The translations under genes and the position numbers were made by a program. Below the pieces are notes generated by a model. That model was not told the origin of the DNA and did not search any database. It worked only from the letters and a program-made list of their open reading frames with translations. 64,000 nucleotides of DNA from an uncultured Actinomycetes bacterium. Its GTDB lineage: Bacteria; Actinomycetota; Thermoleophilia; UBA2241. This document shows, one piece after another, positions 59,962 to 64,000 of this stretch (the first letter of the stretch is position 1; the number at the start of each line of letters is the position of its first letter). Location of the stretch: positions 224,001 to 288,000 of the forward strand of contig CAVRZA010000011.1 of NCBI GenBank assembly GCA_963725665.1. Reading direction: 5' to 3'.

Positions 59962-61050
59962 ATGAAGCTGGTCGCCGACTGCGAGAAGATCCGTCAAAAC
60001 GCCCGCGCCGTCGTCGAGCTGTGCGCCACGCACGGCATCGAGGTCGCCGGGGTGACGAAGTGCTGTTGCGGCGAGCCCGAGGTGGCCCGCGCCATGCTGG
60101 CGGGGGGCTGCACCATGCTCGCCGACTCCCGCCTCGCCAACGTGGCGCGCATGCGCGACGCCGGCATCGACGCTCCCATCATGCTCCTGCGGCTCCCGTC
60201 GCTGAGCGAAGCCGACGAGGTGGTCAGGCTCACCGACTACAGCCTCAACAGCGAGGTCGAGACGGTCAGGGCGCTGTCGCACGCGGCGCTGCGGGCCGGC
60301 GCGACGCACGCCGTCGTCCTCATGGTCGACACGGGCGACCGGCGCGAGGGCGTGCAGCCCGAGCGTGTCGTCGGGGTCTGTCGCGAGCTCCTCGAGCTGC
60401 CGGGAATCGACCTCGCCGGTCTGGGCACGAGCCTCAACTGCCTCTGCGGCGTCTGCCCGACGCCGGAGAACCAGCAGCGCTTCGCCGACATCGTCGAGGA
60501 GACCGAGGCGGAGCTGAGCGTCCGCTTCCGCCTTGTGTCGGGTGGCCACACCGGCAACCTGCACCTGGTGCAGAAGGGTCTCGTGCCGGCGCGCTTCAAC
60601 CACTTCCGCGTCGGCGAGGCCATCCTCACCGGCACCGATTTCTCCACCTGGGCCGAGCTGCCCGTGCCCTACATGGACACCTTCAAGGTCTACGCCGATG
60701 TCGTCGAGCTGCAGGACAAACCCTCCGCACCCGAGGGCACGATCGGGCCCGATGCCTTCATGGAGGTGCACGAGTGGCCCGACCGCGGCGTGCGCCGCAG
60801 GGCCATCGTGGCTCTGGGCGAGATCGACCTGCGCACGCGGAGCCTCATCCCGACGCGCCCCGGGATCGAGCTCGTAGGGGCGAGCTCCGACCACCTCGTG
60901 CTCGACGTGACCGAGGCGGAGCCCCCGATACGCCTGGCCGAGGAGCTCGAGTTCGACACCATCTACCCGGCCGTCTCCACGGGCTGGGCGAGCTCCTGCA
61001 CGACGAAGATCGTGCTGCCCATCAAGGAGTCGGCGACGCTACAGCGCTGA
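59962..61050 (+). CDS. alanine/ornithine racemase family PLP enzyme (Orr-like)
   Basis: GGAGG RBS; GVTK, DSR..N, SLNSE, GDRREG, VSGG, FRVGEAIL.G, GASSDH. Confidence 0.88.
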   Translation: MKLVADCEKIRQNARAVVELCATHGIEVAGVTKCCCGEPEVARAMLAGGCTMLADSRLANVARMRDAGIDAPIMLLRLPSLSEADEVVRLTDYSLNSEVETVRALSHAALRAGATHAVVLMVDTGDRREGVQPERVVGVCRELLELPGIDLAGLGTSLNCLCGVCPTPENQQRFADIVEETEAELSVRFRLVSGGHTGNLHLVQKGLVPARFNHFRVGEAILTGTDFSTWAELPVPYMDTFKVYADVVELQDKPSAPEGTIGPDAFMEVHEWPDRGVRRRAIVALGEIDLRTRSLIPTRPGIELVGASSDHLVLDVTEAEPPIRLAEELEFDTIYPAVSTGWASSCTTKIVLPIKESATLQR

Positions 61051-61085
61051 CGGCCGGGCGGGGGCGGGCGCGCCGCCGCCGTGAG

Positions 61086-61994
61086 TCACTGCCCCGTGAG
61101 CTGCGCGATGGCCTCCTCGAACTCGGGCACGCCGCTGGCGGGCGGCTGCGACGCGTCGAGGCCGTACCACTCCTTCGTCATCGCGGTCAGCGACCCGTCC
61201 GCGCGCATCTTCTTCACAGCGTAGTTGAGAAGCGCGAGGAGATCGGCCTCGCCCTTGCGGGTCGCGAAGCACATCGCCTCGTAGTAGAAGGCCTGACCGG
61301 AGAGCTGCACAGGCTTGCCGCTCGCGATCGCCCGCTGCGCTGTGAGATCAGCGGTCATGACGCCATCGACGCGACCCGAGACGAGGGCGTGCAGGGCGCC
61401 GGCAGAGGTGTCGTAGGTCGCGATCTGCACCCCGCCCACCGCCTGCAGGAAGGTCTGGTAGGTCGTGGCCGCGCCCACGCCGATGCGCGCGCCTTTCAGC
61501 GCAGCGACGGTAGTGATAGCGGCAGAGCCCTGGCTCACGACGACCTGGCCCTGCGCGTAGTAGTAGGGGTCGGCCATGGCCACCTGCTTCAGATTGTCGG
61601 CCGTGCGTGTCATCGAGCCGATCGAGACGTCGAAGCTGCCACCCTTGAGACCCGCGGGCACGCCGGCCCAAGCCGGGTGGACGAACTTGAGCTGCACGCC
61701 CAGCAGCTCGGCGACCTTCTCGGCCACATCGACGTCGAAGCCGATGAGCTTACCGTCCTCTTCGTAGCTCTGCGGCGGATAATCGGCATCGTTGGCGACG
61801 ACGATCTGCCCGGTCCGCGCGATCTTCGCCGCCGCCCCCCTCGGCGCGTGGCCGAGGATCTGCTCGACGGTGCTGCCCTCTGCCTTGGGCGAGCTGCTCG
61901 TGCCCGGGATCAAGCTGCACGCCGCCAGCGCCACGGCGGACCCTACGACGCCGGCCAGCACGGCCACCGCCATGAACGCCCTACTCTTCTTCAT
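61086..61994 (-). CDS. polar amino acid ABC substrate-binding lipoprotein (family 3)
   Basis: LAAC lipobox; DADYPP, GFDVDVA, MRADG....KEWYG. Confidence 0.9.
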   Translation of the reverse strand: MKKSRAFMAVAVLAGVVGSAVALAACSLIPGTSSSPKAEGSTVEQILGHAPRGAAAKIARTGQIVVANDADYPPQSYEEDGKLIGFDVDVAEKVAELLGVQLKFVHPAWAGVPAGLKGGSFDVSIGSMTRTADNLKQVAMADPYYYAQGQVVVSQGSAAITTVAALKGARIGVGAATTYQTFLQAVGGVQIATYDTSAGALHALVSGRVDGVMTADLTAQRAIASGKPVQLSGQAFYYEAMCFATRKGEADLLALLNYAVKKMRADGSLTAMTKEWYGLDASQPPASGVPEFEEAIAQLTGQ

Positions 61995-62203
61995 GATCCT
62001 TTGCTTTCGTTGCGATGCCTCCACCCGGTCCGCGCGGCGAGGACTGCCGGTGATGAACCCCCCCAGACTCCACTGAGTCGATGTCGCGTCCGCTCGTTAG
62101 ACGCAGCCAACGCGTGTCATCATGCGGGACTCTTACACCCACAGATCGATGTGACAAGCAGGGCGGCACCCCTTCGCCAGCGCACGAAGATGCGAAAGTC
62201 CCG

Positions 62204-63559
62204 CTATGCCACACCTTCGACCAAGCGTCTCAGCTCCTCGTCGAGCGCTTCGTCGAGCCGCGGCGGCAGGTGCGTGGCAAGGAGGTCGCGGACCCATTCC
62301 TCCGGTCCCTTCGACCCTTCGGCGCGCCCGGCCGCGCCCTCCCCGAAGTCTCGCGCGTAGACCACGAGGCGCGGCGCGACTGACGGACGATCGGTCGCGC
62401 CGGAGACCAAGGCGCGCGCCAGGCCGGCGATCTCGGCGCCGAGCAGCATCTCGGAGTATGAGAAGACACGGCCGCCGGCCACCATGCCGACCCCGGTGAG
62501 CATGTCGACGCCGGCCATCATCGAGACGAAGGTCGTGGTCACATCCTCCATGGCGGTCTGCCACCCCGGCTCCTTGGCTCCTGAGGCGTTGACGCCGCAC
62601 TGCGTGGGCAGCCCGTAGAACTCACCGATGTCGGCGGCGGCGGCGCCCATCAGGGTGTCCTCAGGGGCGCCGCCGGTAAAGTCGCCGGTCTTCAGGTCCA
62701 TGATGCTCGGGATCAGACAGATGAAGACGGGACACCCCGGGTGCGCCGCCTGCACCACGGCCACGCCGGCGAGGGCCTCGGCGATGCCGACGACGAGCGA
62801 ACCCGCCATCGTGATCGGCGTCGTCGAACCCCCCATCGGCATGGTGACGAAGCCGACGGGGATACCGGCGGCGGCGAAGACAAGCGCCGCCTCGAGAGTG
62901 CCTTCGTCGTTGCCCAGTGGCGTGACCGTGCCCAACAAGGCCGAGATTGGCGGGTGCTCGCGCGCCTCGCGCTCGCCGCCCACCACGACGCGGGCGATCT
63001 CGACCGCCGCGCGCGCCTGGACCAGGTCCACGACGGTCACCGTCTGCACGTGCTTGCCGGTGTTCGCCAGGGCCAGGTAGAGCTCGTCTAAGCCGCGGCG
63101 CTCGACCGGCCGATCCTGGGCGCTCACCGCCGGCCAGCAGAAGTCGACCTCATCGAGCGCGTCGGCGAGGCGGGCGATGGCCGCCACGTCGGCCGCGGCC
63201 GTCGCCCGCCTCACGCCGCTCTCGAGGTCGTAGATCTCGCTAGGGCAGCCGTCGGTCGTGACGAGCGCACCCCCGGCGGTCGACAGGTGGCGGCCGGAAC
63301 GCGCGCCGAGGGTAAGGTGACGGGGCGCCCGCCCCACGAGCTCGCGCGTCAGTTCCGGCGGGAAGAGGACCCGCTCGCCGTCGACGCGCGCCCCGGCCGC
63401 CGCCACCGCCTCACGGGCGCGTGCCGAAGGGACGGCGATGCCGGTCGTCGAGAGGACCTCGAGGGCGGCCGCATCGAGCTGCTCGAGGTCTGGCCGCGCC
63501 AGGATGTGCAGACGTCGGAGCCGCACGTCACCGAAAGGGCGCGGTGGTCTCGCGGTCAC
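62204..63559 (-). CDS. mttB: MttB superfamily methyltransferase, pyrrolysine-free, shortened C-terminus
   Basis: NTGKH, VTPL, STTPITMAG, SGAKEPGWQ; lacks the usual GPGG.FL..HT segment; start uncertain. Confidence 0.85.
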   Translation of the reverse strand: MTARPPRPFGDVRLRRLHILARPDLEQLDAAALEVLSTTGIAVPSARAREAVAAAGARVDGERVLFPPELTRELVGRAPRHLTLGARSGRHLSTAGGALVTTDGCPSEIYDLESGVRRATAAADVAAIARLADALDEVDFCWPAVSAQDRPVERRGLDELYLALANTGKHVQTVTVVDLVQARAAVEIARVVVGGEREAREHPPISALLGTVTPLGNDEGTLEAALVFAAAGIPVGFVTMPMGGSTTPITMAGSLVVGIAEALAGVAVVQAAHPGCPVFICLIPSIMDLKTGDFTGGAPEDTLMGAAAADIGEFYGLPTQCGVNASGAKEPGWQTAMEDVTTTFVSMMAGVDMLTGVGMVAGGRVFSYSEMLLGAEIAGLARALVSGATDRPSVAPRLVVYARDFGEGAAGRAEGSKGPEEWVRDLLATHLPPRLDEALDEELRRLVEGVA

Positions 63560-63606
63560 TGTCCCGACGACGCAGCCGCACGCGGGCCGCGTGCGCGCCT
63601 CGACGC

Positions 63607-64000
63607 CTACGTGCCGGCGCGCCCGCGTGCGGGCGCGCCACGGCCTGTCCGACCCTCCGCTGGCTCGCCTTCGCCAGCCCCCCCGACCGCGGCCGGCTCC
63701 ACAGCCTGCGTGAGCGACGCGACCAGCGGCTGCGCGAGACGGAGCAGGTCCTCGCTGCGCATCTTGAGCATAGTGGTCGTCGTACCGCCGCCGCAGTAGA
63801 CGATGGGGCGCGTGAACACCTCGGGGTCGGCGAACGTCACGATCTCCACGGCGAGGCCGCACGGCGGCAGGGCGCCGGCCCTGAAGCCGGTGATCTGCAA
63901 CACCTCGAAGGGCCGGGCCAGGACCACATCGGAGCAGCCGCTCACGCTGCGGATGAGCTCCGGGCTCGCCTGGCGGTCGCCGGGGACGAGCACGAGCGCG
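63607..64000 (-). CDS. YbaK/EbsC aminoacyl-tRNA deacylase-like protein, C-terminal part
   Basis: LVLVPGDR, LA...EV..ITGF..GALPP.G, VYCGGG. Confidence 0.8.
   Translation of the reverse strand, partial: ALVLVPGDRQASPELIRSVSGCSDVVLARPFEVLQITGFRAGALPPCGLAVEIVTFADPEVFTRPIVYCGGGTTTTMLKMRSEDLLRLAQPLVASLTQAVEPAAVGGAGEGEPAEGRTGRGAPARGRAGT

Noticed and set aside
6140-63559. Pyrrolysine-containing methylamine methyltransferases
   Set aside because: No MttB or MtmB gene has an in-frame TAG, and no pylT/S/B/C/D gene is in the window.

Overview
High-GC (~70% by eye) bacterial DNA. Gene content (UPF0182, MoxR/DUF58/DUF4129, anaerobic enzymes) suggests an anaerobic actinobacterium such as Thermoleophilia; this is inference. 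The window is dominated by anaerobic amine and amino-acid catabolism built on pyrrolysine-free corrinoid methyltransferases. (1) AOR, an MttB homologue and a histidine-ammonia-lyase-family enzyme lacking the MIO-forming ASG triad. (2) A PaaK/IorAB and corrinoid protein/non-Pyl MtmB/aminotransferase/divergent HisB-fold locus. (3) A lysine-fermentation locus (kamA, kce, kat-like, racemase) interleaved with three MttB paralogues, a RamA-type corrinoid activator and transporters; this is a candidate N-methyl-lysine demethylation and fermentation system. Also present: a probable peroxiredoxin-like selenoprotein (in-frame TGA at the Cys position plus a SECIS-like hairpin), a peptide-type ABC transporter, tRNA-Asp and tRNA-Val, a minor-pilin/PilX-like operon with two sigma28-like promoters, and a GAF-GAF-GGDEF-degenerate HD-GYP protein. 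Several single-base frameshifts and two in-frame TAGs most likely reflect assembly error or decay. No CRISPR array, integrase or transposase was seen.
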